A DNA stretch of 55,111 bases, from positions 1 through 55,111 of the forward strand of contig DATLOY010000003.1 in the NCBI GenBank assembly GCA_035536015.1, given 5' to 3'. Under the pieces are notes generated by a model, which saw nothing but the letters and a program-made list of their open reading frames with translations, had not been told where the DNA came from and did not search any database. Positions 17,910 through 29,122 of this stretch are shown here, piece after piece. Positions within the stretch are counted from its first letter, which is position 1. Every line of letters starts with the position of its first letter. Both the position numbers and the translations under genes were made by a program. Origin of the DNA: Sphingomicrobium sp. (GTDB lineage: Bacteria > Pseudomonadota > Alphaproteobacteria > Sphingomonadales > Sphingomonadaceae).

Positions 17910-18902
17910 ATGGTCCCCGAGCCCACCCTCGTCGAACGCTTTCGCCGCGACCTCGATGCGTTGATCGACCGCGGCGCGCGTATCGGCGTCGCCGTGTCCG
18001 GCGGGCCCGACAGCATGGCCCTCCTGTTGCTCTGTGCGGCGGCGCGGCCCGGTAAGATCGAAGCGGCGACCGTCGACCATGCGCTTCGGCCTGAAAGCCG
18101 TGGCGAGGCGGAGATGGTCTCCGCGGTCTGCCGCCAGCTCCAGGTCCCGCACGCAATCCTCACCGTCGAGTGGGATGAAATTCCATCGAGCGCCATTCAG
18201 GAGCGGGCGCGGGACGTCCGCTATCGGCTGCTCGGCGCATGGATGAAGCGCCAAGGCCTGGCCGCACTCCTTACCGCGCACCATGCCGACGACCAGGCCG
18301 AAACCCTCTTGATGCGGATGAACCGCGGCTCGGGAACGCGCGGCCTTGCCGGAATGCGTCCGGCGGCAATCATTCCAGGTGCCAACCTGCCGTTGATCCG
18401 TCCGCTACTCGGATGGCGCCGCACCGAGCTCAAGGCTATTTGCACCCACGCGGGGGTGAAGACCGTCGTCGACCCGAGCAATTCCGACGGGCAATTCGAA
18501 CGCGTTCAGGTCAGGCAAGCGCTCGCTGGTGCGAATTGGCTGGACGCCTCGGCGCTGGCTCGAAGCGCAGCCAATCTCGCTTCGGCGGACGAGGCGCTCG
18601 ATTGGATGGCAAGCAGCCTCGCGCTGGTTCGCGTTACGGATGATGCGGAGGGCCTGAGAGTTGATCCAGAAGGTCTCCCCTCGGAGATCAAAAGGCGACT
18701 CCTACTGATCGCTTTCGCGCGGTTCGAGGCTCCAGAGCCTCGCGGCCCTGAGCTTTCCCGCGCGATCGACGCGCTCGAACTCGGCCGCACGATCACTCTT
18801 TCGGGCCTCAAGCTCGAGGGCGGACCCGTGTGGCGCGCGACGAAGGCCCCCGCGCGAAGCCGAGTTCGAAACGGCGCCGTCACAGACTCGACGCACGGAT
18901 AA
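17910..18902 (+). CDS. tilS: tRNA(Ile)-lysidine synthetase
   Basis: PP-loop AVSGGPDS, TVDHALR, TAHHADDQAET, IRPLL, DPSN. Confidence 0.96.
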   Translation: MVPEPTLVERFRRDLDALIDRGARIGVAVSGGPDSMALLLLCAAARPGKIEAATVDHALRPESRGEAEMVSAVCRQLQVPHAILTVEWDEIPSSAIQERARDVRYRLLGAWMKRQGLAALLTAHHADDQAETLLMRMNRGSGTRGLAGMRPAAIIPGANLPLIRPLLGWRRTELKAICTHAGVKTVVDPSNSDGQFERVQVRQALAGANWLDASALARSAANLASADEALDWMASSLALVRVTDDAEGLRVDPEGLPSEIKRRLLLIAFARFEAPEPRGPELSRAIDALELGRTITLSGLKLEGGPVWRATKAPARSRVRNGAVTDSTHG

Positions 18903-18906
18903 CTTA

Positions 18907-18941
18907 CGTTAAACTTCCGTTTAACGACTCGGGGAGTCGTT
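18907..18941. promoter_or_regulatory. Tandem inverted repeats containing a CtrA-like site and two GANTC sites
   Basis: CGTTAAAC-TTCC-GTTTAACG (TTAA-N7-TTTA on both strands) overlapping AACGACTC-GGG-GAGTCGTT. Confidence 0.45.
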
Positions 18942-18964
18942 TCCCATTCCGGAGGGGGAAGCAC

Positions 18965-19180
18965 ATGGAATCCGATGCGCGCTTCTACAAGCGACGGGCC
19001 AGCGAGGAGATGGCTGCCGCCGGCCGGGCGGTAACGGAGGCTGCGCGCCAACGACGAATTATCCTGGCCGAGGCCTTTCTCGCGCGCTTGAAGACGCTAG
19101 ACGACGGAAGCGGGATCACTTTCGGGTCGGAAGAATCTCCGGCATTCGGCTGGTCGGCCCGAGGCAAGATCGACGCCTGA
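18965..19180 (+). CDS. Small helical hypothetical protein (71 aa)
   Basis: GGAGGGGG RBS then ATG; MESDARFYKRRASEEMAAAGRA...; the ORF-track upstream extension overlaps tilS and is unlikely. Confidence 0.7.
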   Translation: MESDARFYKRRASEEMAAAGRAVTEAARQRRIILAEAFLARLKTLDDGSGITFGSEESPAFGWSARGKIDA

Positions 19181-19237
19181 TTCGAAATCCGCCGCAAACT
19201 CCCGGCGCCGCGTCGTTCACCACTCCCTAAGCCCCAC

Positions 19238-19265
19238 ATTGTTATTGGTCCGCATGAGCCTATTT
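19238..19265 (+). promoter_or_regulatory. RpoH (sigma32)-like promoter of ftsH
   Basis: ATTG-N17-CCTATTT resembles the alphaproteobacterial CTTG-N17/18-CYTATNT consensus. Confidence 0.55.
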
Positions 19266-19300
19266 TAGGGCCACGGGCGTTTTGCCCGCGGAAGAGAGCA

Positions 19301-21252
<1,952 letters not shown>

Positions 21253-21256
<4 letters not shown>

Positions 21257-22335
21257 CGGCTGTTCCAGCTCGTAGACGCGAGGCGCGCGACCAGCGGCGA
21301 GAGCCCGCGGTGCGATGAGGCGTGATAGATGGAATTCGCCTCCAGTTCCTTGCACAGGCGCCGATGCGCCTCACCGAGCGCATGGTAGGGCAAGCCTGGA
21401 AGCAGGTGATGCAGTGCGTGGTAACGCAGGCCAACCGGCGCCCAGAACATGGGCAGGGTTGCCGGTGGCGGGACGTTGACGCTGTCGAGATATTGAGCGG
21501 TGACGCTCATCGGCTCGCCTTCATTCTCCCAAAGGTGCGCGACGAGCGTGCGGATCTGGTTGAGGAACATCACGCCGGAGGCGACGCCGAGGAAAATTAG
21601 GAAATCGCGCAGGGGAACCACGCCGCCTGCCACCAGCGCAACCAGCGTGATCGCCCAAATGCTGCAAGCAGTTTCCTGCCATGCCCAATCGCGAGCGAAC
21701 TCGCCTTCGGGCGCGGGACGGACGAACCTGGGATTGATCTGCAGCCCGGAATATTTGCCGACGACTGCCGCGCGCAGCTTTGGAAACAGCATCGACAAAG
21801 GCGCCAGGACCCCAAAGCGGATCAACATGCCGATCGGCGCCAATGCGGCAGCGATCAGGAACACCGGCAGGGTCCACGGGTGCATGAGTGCCAACGGCAG
21901 ATATTCGGGATCGTTGGCCGTGCCGTAATAGGTCTTGGCATGGTGCTGGTTGTGCACGCCTTCGTACATGAATGAGGGCACGAGCAGCGGCACTCCGATG
22001 ATGACGTTCCAAACGAAGCGGAAACCGCGAACTGCGCCTTTCTTGATGTGGGTCAGCTCGTGGATGAAGCTTCCGGCCCGATAGAGCGCAAGCACCCCGA
22101 CGAGCGCGGCGAGAAGGGCCGGAACCGTCCCGCGCAAGGCCATCGCGCCGAACAACCCTGCATAACCGATCACGGCAGAGCCGATCAGATCGGCCCAGTA
22201 GATGCGCGAGTCCGGCGCGTTGAGATCGCGCGTCAGCCTCGCCGCGGCCTTCAGCATCGTCATGTCGTCTTTGACGCGCGCGGAGACAGGCTGCCGCTGG
22301 GCAGCGTCGGTCGACTTGCGCTCGAGGGTCGCCAT
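21253..22335 (-). CDS. Membrane-bound fatty acid desaturase/hydroxylase
   Basis: Three His boxes HELTH, HNQHH, HALHH; hydrophobic segments; alternative start at 22344. Confidence 0.88.
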
Positions 22336-22439
22336 ATCGGTCATAAGTCTTTGCTGAATTTGCAGTCTTGCACGGAGATAATGGCTGGAGTGGGGCGGGA
22401 CAATGGACGCTGCTGGCAAGAGCCGCTAGCGCTGGGCGG

Positions 22440-23582
22440 ATGAACTCCGCGCCCGTAACCATCCGCCAGGTCGAAACCAAACAGGACCGCAAAGCCTTCG
22501 TCGACTTCGCGTGGGAGGTTTACAAGGACGATCCCGCTTGGGTCCCGCCACTGAAGGATGAAGTCCACGGACTGATTACGCCAGGCAAGAATCCGTGGTT
22601 TGAGCATGCGCGGGCGCAGCTTTGGCTGGCTGAGCGCGGAGGCAAGATCGTCGGCCGCATCAGCGCCCAAGTGGACGATCTGGTGCAGGAACATATGGGC
22701 CAGGGCACCGGCCAATGGGGCTTCTTCGATGCACTCGACGGTCAGGCGGCTGCGGCCCTTATCGGCAAGGCCGAAGACTGGCTCCGCGCACAAGGAATGA
22801 CCCGCGCACTGGGGCCGATCAGCCTTTCGATCTGGGACGAGCCGGGCCTGGAGATCGAGGGCTACAACGAGCCGCCCACGGTGATGATGGGCCACCACAA
22901 GCCCGAATATCACGCCTGGATCCAGGCGGCCGGCTACGCCAAGGCCAAGGACCTCCTCACTTACGAGGTCAATATTGAGCATTGGGACGACCCGATGATC
23001 AACCGGCTGATCGCGATGGGCGAGCGCAATCCGCACATCAAGATTCGCATGGTCGACAAGTCGAAGTTCAATGAGGAAGCGCGGATCATCCTCAACCTGT
23101 TGAACGACGCCTGGTCGAACAATTGGGGTTACGTTCCGCTGACCGAGGCGGAAATCGCCTATGCCGGCAAGAAGCTGAAGCCGATCATCTACAATGAGCT
23201 GGTGCGGATCGCGGAAATCGACGGCGAACCGGTCGCCTTCATGATCACGCTTCCTGACATCAACGAGATGATCAAGGACCTTAACGGTGAGCTGTTCCCG
23301 TTCGGCTGGGCCAAGCTGCTGTGGCGGCTGCACAAACCGCGCACTCGCCGTTCGCGCGTGCCGCTAATGGGTGTCGCGAAAAAGCTTCATCAGTCGAGGC
23401 TCGCGAGCCAGCTCGCTTTCATGCTGATCGAATATACGCGCCGCGATTGCGTAGGAAAATTCGGCATCAAGGTCGGTGAATTCGGCTGGATCCTGGAGGA
23501 CAACAAGGGGATGCTGTCCATCGCCCAGCTCCCCAGCGCGAAGGTCAATCACCGCTACCGGATTTTCGAGAAGAAGCTTTAG
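22440..23582 (+). CDS. GNAT-fold N-acyltransferase, probable bacterial ceramide synthase (bCerS-like)
   Basis: YKDDPAWVPPL...KNPWFEH...VGRISAQ...GFFD...GWILEDN, recognised as the YghO/bCerS-type double-GNAT family. Confidence 0.75.
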   Translation: MNSAPVTIRQVETKQDRKAFVDFAWEVYKDDPAWVPPLKDEVHGLITPGKNPWFEHARAQLWLAERGGKIVGRISAQVDDLVQEHMGQGTGQWGFFDALDGQAAAALIGKAEDWLRAQGMTRALGPISLSIWDEPGLEIEGYNEPPTVMMGHHKPEYHAWIQAAGYAKAKDLLTYEVNIEHWDDPMINRLIAMGERNPHIKIRMVDKSKFNEEARIILNLLNDAWSNNWGYVPLTEAEIAYAGKKLKPIIYNELVRIAEIDGEPVAFMITLPDINEMIKDLNGELFPFGWAKLLWRLHKPRTRRSRVPLMGVAKKLHQSRLASQLAFMLIEYTRRDCVGKFGIKVGEFGWILEDNKGMLSIAQLPSAKVNHRYRIFEKKL

Positions 23583-24352
23583 CTGAGCTCGATCCACGTC
23601 GGCGCGTGGTCACTCGCTTTCTCCTGACCTCGAGCCCATTTGTCGACGCCGGCGCCTTCGAGGCGGTCAGCCGCTTCGGGTGAACAGAGCAGATGATCGA
23701 GCCGGAAGCCCAAATCGCGCTGCCAGCATCCGGCAGTGTAGTCCCAGAAGGTGTAGAGCTTTTCTTCGTAGGGGTGCAGAGCGCGCAAGGCGTCGGTCCA
23801 GCCCTGGTGGAGGATTCGGCGCCACGCCTGGCGCGTCTCCGGCTGCATCACCGCGTCCTTGGCCGTGGCTCGCGCCGAGAATACGTCGCGATCTTCCGGA
23901 ACGACATTCCAGTCGCCGCACAGGACGACCGGACGCTCTTCCTTGAGAAGCTCAGCTGCGCGGGCTTCGAGCCGATCCATCCACCTTAGCTTATAGTCGA
24001 ACTTCTCAGTCCCGATCGGATTACCGTTCGGTAGGTAAAGAGACCCGACTACCAGCCCTTTTATCTCAGCTTCGATGTAACGGCTGTGCGTGTCATCGGG
24101 ATCTCCTGGAAGGCCGACGTGCCGCAGCTCCGGACTGTCGCCCTTCGCAAGGATCGCAACGCCGTTGAATCCTTTCTGCCCATGCCACACAGCGCCATAT
24201 CCCGCTGCCTCGATATCGGCGATCGGAAGCGCTTCGTCGGCACATTTCAGCTCCTGGAGACAGGCAATGTCGGGCTGCTCGCGCTCGAGCCATTCGACGA
24301 GGCGCGGCATGCGCGCGCGGATACCGTTGATATTGAACGTGGCGAGCTTCAT
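23579..24352 (-). CDS. xth: Exodeoxyribonuclease III
   Basis: ATFNINGIRAR, CLQELK, YLPNGNP, GDWNV, RLDHLL, SDHAP. Confidence 0.96.
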   Translation of the reverse strand: MKLATFNINGIRARMPRLVEWLEREQPDIACLQELKCADEALPIADIEAAGYGAVWHGQKGFNGVAILAKGDSPELRHVGLPGDPDDTHSRYIEAEIKGLVVGSLYLPNGNPIGTEKFDYKLRWMDRLEARAAELLKEERPVVLCGDWNVVPEDRDVFSARATAKDAVMQPETRQAWRRILHQGWTDALRALHPYEEKLYTFWDYTAGCWQRDLGFRLDHLLCSPEAADRLEGAGVDKWARGQEKASDHAPTWIELS

Positions 24353-24376
24353 GGCGCTCGCCCTAGCCGCTCGGCG

Positions 24377-24703
24377 TCAGACCGAGAAGCTGCTTCCGCA
24401 GCCGCAGCCCGATTGCGCGTTCGGATTGGTCACGCGGAAAGTTGCGCCCCCCAGATCCTCGACGAAATCCACCGCAGATCCTTTGACCAGCTCAAGGCTG
24501 ACCGGATCCACCACCAGCTGCACACCGTCAGTCTCGACGACGGTGTCGTCGGTCTCGGGAGTGCCCAGCTCGAACTTGTAGGTGAACCCCGCACAACCGC
24601 CGCCGTCAATCGCAAGCCGGAGAATGGCTGGTTTCGACTGCCGCTCGGCAATCCATGCGACGCGCTTCGCAGCGCTCGCGGTCAGGATGATGTCGGCTTC
24701 CAC
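24377..24703 (-). CDS. erpA: Iron-sulfur cluster insertion protein (ErpA/IscA family)
   Basis: GGGCAGFTY and NPNAQSGCGCGSSF; GTG start chosen at 24703. Confidence 0.9.
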   Translation of the reverse strand: MEADIILTASAAKRVAWIAERQSKPAILRLAIDGGGCAGFTYKFELGTPETDDTVVETDGVQLVVDPVSLELVKGSAVDFVEDLGGATFRVTNPNAQSGCGCGSSFSV

Positions 24704-24710
24704 CCAGTCG

Positions 24711-24739
24711 AGATAGGAAGCGCGAAGAGGGACAACAAG
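24711..24739 (-). promoter_or_regulatory. RpoH-like promoter of erpA-xth
   Basis: Minus strand CTTG-N18-CCTATCT, ending 7 nt before the GTG. Confidence 0.6.
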
Positions 24740-24740
24740 A

Positions 24741-25691
24741 TTATTTGCCGCCGGTCGGTCCGCCGATCGCCAGCGATTCCATCGGCGCGGCATTGGCGCG
24801 CTTCTGCATGGCGAGGACATAGTCGGTCGAGCGCATGAACGGGATCGGGTTCACCGGGCGCCCGTCAATACGCACTTCATAGTGAAGGTGATTGCCGGTC
24901 GAACGGCCGGTCGATCCCATGCGCCCGATCAGCTGCCCGCGCGTAATGCGGTCGCCGGCGTGGATCAGGATCGCCGAAAGGTGGCCGAAGCGTGTGGTGA
25001 TCCCGCGGCCATGGTCGATCTCGATCAAATTGCCGTAGCCGCCGTTATTCCAACCAGCACGAAGGACGGTGCCGTCGGCGGTCGCATAAATCGGCGTGCC
25101 ATAGGAACCAGCCAGATCGATGCCCGGGTGCATCGCGGCCCCGGCGTGGAACGGATCGGCGCGAACGCCGAATCCGCTGGTAAAGGAAACGTCGGCCTTG
25201 ATCGGCTTGTCGGACGGGATCGCGATCACTCCGCCCTGCAGCTGGTCGAGCTTCTTCCAGCTATTGAACAGAGCCTTGAAGGTCGGGTTGCCGGCGCTTT
25301 CGAACGGACCGCCGCGGCCTTCCTGGCCAGCCTTGGCCGGATAGAAGCCGAGACGCTTGAGGGTCGCCTGGTCGATATCCTGTCCCTGAAGGGCGGCAGC
25401 GAGCGCTATCTGGCGCTGCTCGACGGCTTGAACCCGGCGCTCGGTCTCGGCGGCAAGTTGAGCGACCTGGGCCGAATAATCATCGCTGGAAAGCGTTGGG
25501 GCCACTGGCGCCGTCGGCGACATCATGCGCGCCGTTGCATAGCTGGCCCAAGCGACCAGCCCCATCAGCACCAAAAAAAAGACCGCCTGGACTGGGGCGG
25601 AAATGCGGAAGCGGCGGAGCTTCGACCCATCATGAATGAAAAAGTCGCGGTCACGGAACAACGCGCCCGTCGCAGCCAATACCTGGGTCAT
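24741..25691 (-). CDS. M23 family (LytM) metallopeptidase with N-terminal TM and coiled coil
   Basis: HPGIDL, GYGNLIEIDH, GSTGRSTGNHLHYEV. Confidence 0.92.
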   Translation of the reverse strand: MTQVLAATGALFRDRDFFIHDGSKLRRFRISAPVQAVFFLVLMGLVAWASYATARMMSPTAPVAPTLSSDDYSAQVAQLAAETERRVQAVEQRQIALAAALQGQDIDQATLKRLGFYPAKAGQEGRGGPFESAGNPTFKALFNSWKKLDQLQGGVIAIPSDKPIKADVSFTSGFGVRADPFHAGAAMHPGIDLAGSYGTPIYATADGTVLRAGWNNGGYGNLIEIDHGRGITTRFGHLSAILIHAGDRITRGQLIGRMGSTGRSTGNHLHYEVRIDGRPVNPIPFMRSTDYVLAMQKRANAAPMESLAIGGPTGGK

Positions 25692-25946
25692 CTAGTCCCC
25701 GCTCCCAAAAAGCTCCCATGCGGCGCGAACACGCTCCGCACGGTTTACCTGCCTGCCAGGAGCTCCCCAGCCCCCTCGTCGAGTCCGCGGAATTTTGCCC
25801 ACCGCGAGCTGACGACGTTCGGACTGTCCCCGATTGGTTAACGATTTCAACCTCGGGTCTCGATTCAAGGGATGAAGCGCGGGGTAACTGCGATGAGTCG
25901 TTTCGGCACGGTCGTTTCGGGCCCGTCCCCCAGCAAATTCAGTCTG

Positions 25947-25958
25947 TTGTGCAGTGCA
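25947..25958 (-). promoter_or_regulatory. PhaR-like box
   Basis: Minus strand TGCACTGCACAA, nearly identical to the boxes upstream of the phasin gene. Confidence 0.45.
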
Positions 25959-26021
25959 TCACGATTCGAGAGAGCGAATCTTTCGCGCTGCCTTGCCGAT
26001 GCCGCATTGCGGCTTAGAAAT

Positions 26022-26071
26022 GGCGTTGGGCCACGCCGTCCCAACGCGGCGCGAGCTCTCTGGAAGGAGAG
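26022..26071 (+). ncRNA. Structured serC 5' leader (candidate serC motif)
   Basis: GGCGT/ACGCC hairpin whose loop TGGG can pair with downstream CCCA (pseudoknot); CTCTC/GAGAG hairpin covers part of the AAGGAG SD. Confidence 0.5.
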
Positions 26072-26077
26072 TCTTTG

Positions 26078-27208
26078 ATGAATCGTCCTGGCGCCAAACC
26101 GGCGCGTCCTTATTTTTCGTCCGGCCCTTGCGCCAAGCCGCCCGGATGGAGTCCGGACCATCTTCGTACCGATGCGCTCGGACGGTCCCACCGCGGAACG
26201 ATCGGCAAGGCGCGGTTGCAGGACGCGATCGAACGCACTCACGCGCTCCTTCAGCTCCCCGACGACTATCGGCTTGGGATCGTGCCCGCATCCGATACGG
26301 GTGCCATGGAACTGGCCATCTGGTCGCTGCTCGGTTCACGGCCGGTCACGATGCTCGCATGGGAGAGCTTCGGAGCTGGATGGGTAACCGACGTCGCGAA
26401 ACAGCTGAAGCTCGACGCTGACATTCGAACCGCGGACTATGGCCAGATCGCGGATTTGAGCGGAATCGATCCGGCGGGCGACGTCGTTTTCACCTGGAAC
26501 GGCACGACGAGCGGCGTTCGGGTACCCGACGCGGACTGGATCGCGGCTGACCGCGTCGGGCTCAGCATTTGCGATGCGACGTCGGCTGCGTTCGCCCAGG
26601 ACATCGATTGGGCGAAGATCGATGTCGGCACCTTCAGCTGGCAGAAGGCGCTGGGCGGCGAAGCGGCCCATGGAATGCTGGTGCTTTCCCCCCGCGCCGT
26701 CGAGCGGCTCGAGAGCGAGCCGGCGCCGCGTCCGCTCCCCAAGATTTTCCGCCTGACCAAGAACGGCAAGCTGATCGAGGGGATCTTCAAGGGGGAGACG
26801 ATCAACACGCCCTCCATGCTCTGCGTCGAAGACTGGTTGTTCGCGATCGACTGGGCCGAGCGGATCGGCGGATTGTCCGCGCTCATCGGCCGCGCTGACG
26901 CCAATGCCTCAGCCCTGGACCGCTGGGCGCAGTCGGCGGATTGGATCGAGCATCTGGCGACGGAGCCGGCGATCCGCTCGAACACCTCGGTCTGCCTCCA
27001 GTTCGCGGATCGGTCCGACGACGAAGCCAATCGCGTCCGGCAAAAGGCGATCGCCAGGCTGCTGGAGGCTGAAGACGCAGCGTATGACGTCGGGGCCTAT
27101 CGCGACGCTCCTCCTGGGCTGCGCGTGTGGTGCGGAGCGACCGTCGAAACCGCAGACATTGAAGCGCTCGGGCCGTGGCTCAATTGGGCTTGGGAGCAGA
27201 CAAAATGA
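26078..27208 (+). CDS. serC: Phosphoserine transaminase
   Basis: [39 protein letters not shown] (PLP Lys), TINTPSML. Confidence 0.96.
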   Translation: MNRPGAKPARPYFSSGPCAKPPGWSPDHLRTDALGRSHRGTIGKARLQDAIERTHALLQLPDDYRLGIVPASDTGAMELAIWSLLGSRPVTMLAWESFGAGWVTDVAKQLKLDADIRTADYGQIADLSGIDPAGDVVFTWNGTTSGVRVPDADWIAADRVGLSICDATSAAFAQDIDWAKIDVGTFSWQKALGGEAAHGMLVLSPRAVERLESEPAPRPLPKIFRLTKNGKLIEGIFKGETINTPSMLCVEDWLFAIDWAERIGGLSALIGRADANASALDRWAQSADWIEHLATEPAIRSNTSVCLQFADRSDDEANRVRQKAIARLLEAEDAAYDVGAYRDAPPGLRVWCGATVETADIEALGPWLNWAWEQTK

Positions 27209-28794
27209 CGGACGCAGTACGCGTGCTCATCGCCGACAAGATGGATCCGAAGGCAGCCGCGATTTTTCGTGAGCGGGGGATCGAAATCGACGAGAAGCCG
27301 GGACTGTCGCCGGAAGAGTTGGCTGCAGTCATCGGGAAGTACGACGGTCTCGCAGTCCGCAGCTCGACCAAGGTCGGCGCGGCGGCGATGGATGCGGCTT
27401 TGCCTCGGCTGAAGGTCATCGGCCGTGCCGGGATCGGCGTCGACACGATCGACGTGCCGGCAGCATCGGCGCGCGGGATCGTCGTGATGAACACGCCCTT
27501 CGGCAATTCGATCACGACCGCGGAGCATGCGATCGCGATGCTCTTCGCACTCGCGCGCGAAATCCCGCAGGCCGACCAATCCACCCAGTCCGGCAAGTGG
27601 GAGAAGAACCGCTTCATGGGGGTGGAGCTCGCCGGCAAGACGCTCGGCCTGATCGGCTGTGGCAATATCGGCTCGATCGTCGCGGACCGCGCCCACGGCC
27701 TCAAGATGAAGGTCGTCGCCTATGACCCCTTCCTGTCGCCCGAACGCGCGGTGGAATTGGGAGTCGAGAAGGCCGAGCTGGATGAGCTGCTGGCGCGCGC
27801 CGACTTCATCACGCTGCATACGCCGCTGACGGACCAGACGCGCGGCATCCTCAGCCGCGAGGCACTGGCGAAGACCAAGCCGGGAGTGCGAATCGTCAAT
27901 TGCGCGCGCGGCGGATTGATCGACGAAGCCGCGCTCAAGGACGCACTCGAGAGCGGCCATGTCGCGGGCGCCGCGCTCGACGTGTTCCAGCAGGAGCCGG
28001 CGAACGAAAATCCGCTCTTCGGCACGCGCGGACTCATCTGCACGCCGCACCTCGGTGCTTCGACCAGCGAAGCTCAGGTAAATGTCGCGATCCAGATCGC
28101 CGAACAGATGAGCGATTATCTCCTGCTCGGCGGCATCACCAATGCGGTGAACGTGCCGTCGCTTTCAGCCGAAGAAGCTCCGCGACTTCGCCCCTATATG
28201 GCGCTGGCGGAGAAACTGGGCCGGCTGGTCGGCCAGATCGCGGGGACGGAAATTCGCTCGATCGATGTCGAGGTCGAAGGCGCCGCCGCCGAACTCAACA
28301 TCAAGCCGATAACCGGGGCGGTCCTGGCGGGTGTAATGCGCGCCTGGTCGGACACGGTGAACATGGTCAACGCGCCCTATCTCGCGAAAGAGCGGGGGCT
28401 CGCGGTGCGCGAAATCCGCAACGAGGGCGAAGGCGATTACCACACGCTCGTGGCTGTCACGGTCGGGACCGAAAATGGTCCCAAGCGCGTCGAGGGCACG
28501 CTCTTTGGCAACCGCGCCCCGAGGCTTGTCCGGATCTTTGACATCCAGGTCGAAGCCGAGCTCGCCGGCCAGATGATCTACATCGTCAACGACGATGCCC
28601 CGGGTTTTATCGGAGCGCTCGGAACGAAACTGGGCGACAACAGGATCAACATCGCGACCTTTAACCTCGGCCGCCACGCGGCGGGCGGTGAAGCGGTGGC
28701 TTTGGTTGCGGTGGACGACCCGATCAGCGCCGATGTCTCACGCCAGCTTCATGACCTTCCCGGAGTCCGCGAAGTCGTTCCGTTGAGTTTCTAG
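27205..28794 (+). CDS. serA: D-3-phosphoglycerate dehydrogenase
   Basis: [42 protein letters not shown]-terminal ACT; ATGA overlap with serC. Confidence 0.97.
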   Translation: MTDAVRVLIADKMDPKAAAIFRERGIEIDEKPGLSPEELAAVIGKYDGLAVRSSTKVGAAAMDAALPRLKVIGRAGIGVDTIDVPAASARGIVVMNTPFGNSITTAEHAIAMLFALAREIPQADQSTQSGKWEKNRFMGVELAGKTLGLIGCGNIGSIVADRAHGLKMKVVAYDPFLSPERAVELGVEKAELDELLARADFITLHTPLTDQTRGILSREALAKTKPGVRIVNCARGGLIDEAALKDALESGHVAGAALDVFQQEPANENPLFGTRGLICTPHLGASTSEAQVNVAIQIAEQMSDYLLLGGITNAVNVPSLSAEEAPRLRPYMALAEKLGRLVGQIAGTEIRSIDVEVEGAAAELNIKPITGAVLAGVMRAWSDTVNMVNAPYLAKERGLAVREIRNEGEGDYHTLVAVTVGTENGPKRVEGTLFGNRAPRLVRIFDIQVEAELAGQMIYIVNDDAPGFIGALGTKLGDNRINIATFNLGRHAAGGEAVALVAVDDPISADVSRQLHDLPGVREVVPLSF

Positions 28795-28795
28795 C

Positions 28796-28948
28796 TCACT
28801 GGCTATTCAATTTGGGCTTCGTCACCAGGAGATAGATCGCAAACATCAGGAAGAGCGCGCCCAGTGCGTGCATTCCAGCGCCCCTGAACAGGAAGAAGTC
28901 GATGAAGGCGAAACCCAAGAAAAGAAAAGCACGAGCTTTGCGGTCCAC
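28796..28948 (-). CDS. Small two-TM membrane protein (50 aa), below the ORF-track size cutoff
   Basis: AGGAG (28956-28960) 7 nt before GTG; MDRKARAFLFLGFAFIDFFLFRGAGMHALGALFLMFAIYLLVTKPKLNSQ. Confidence 0.6.
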   Translation of the reverse strand: MDRKARAFLFLGFAFIDFFLFRGAGMHALGALFLMFAIYLLVTKPKLNSQ

Positions 28949-29070
28949 GGTCACACTCCTACGCTATTGCGACGTCTGATTAGCTTGGGACGACTGCGAA
29001 CCAGTTAACGACCGGTCGGCTCGGCCTAGACGCCCGCGCCCCTTCCCCCTAGAGCCGCGCGGGCCATTCA

Positions 29071-29101
29071 AGGGACAGTCCCCCAAGCAGGGACTGTCCC
29101 T
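29071..29101. repeat. REP-like inverted repeat upstream of purA
   Basis: AGGGACAGTCCC-CCAAGCA-GGGACTGTCCCT; each arm is itself palindromic (GGGAC-W-GTCCC). Confidence 0.6.
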
Positions 29102-29122
29102 CGGCAGTTCAGGAGTAAGGGC

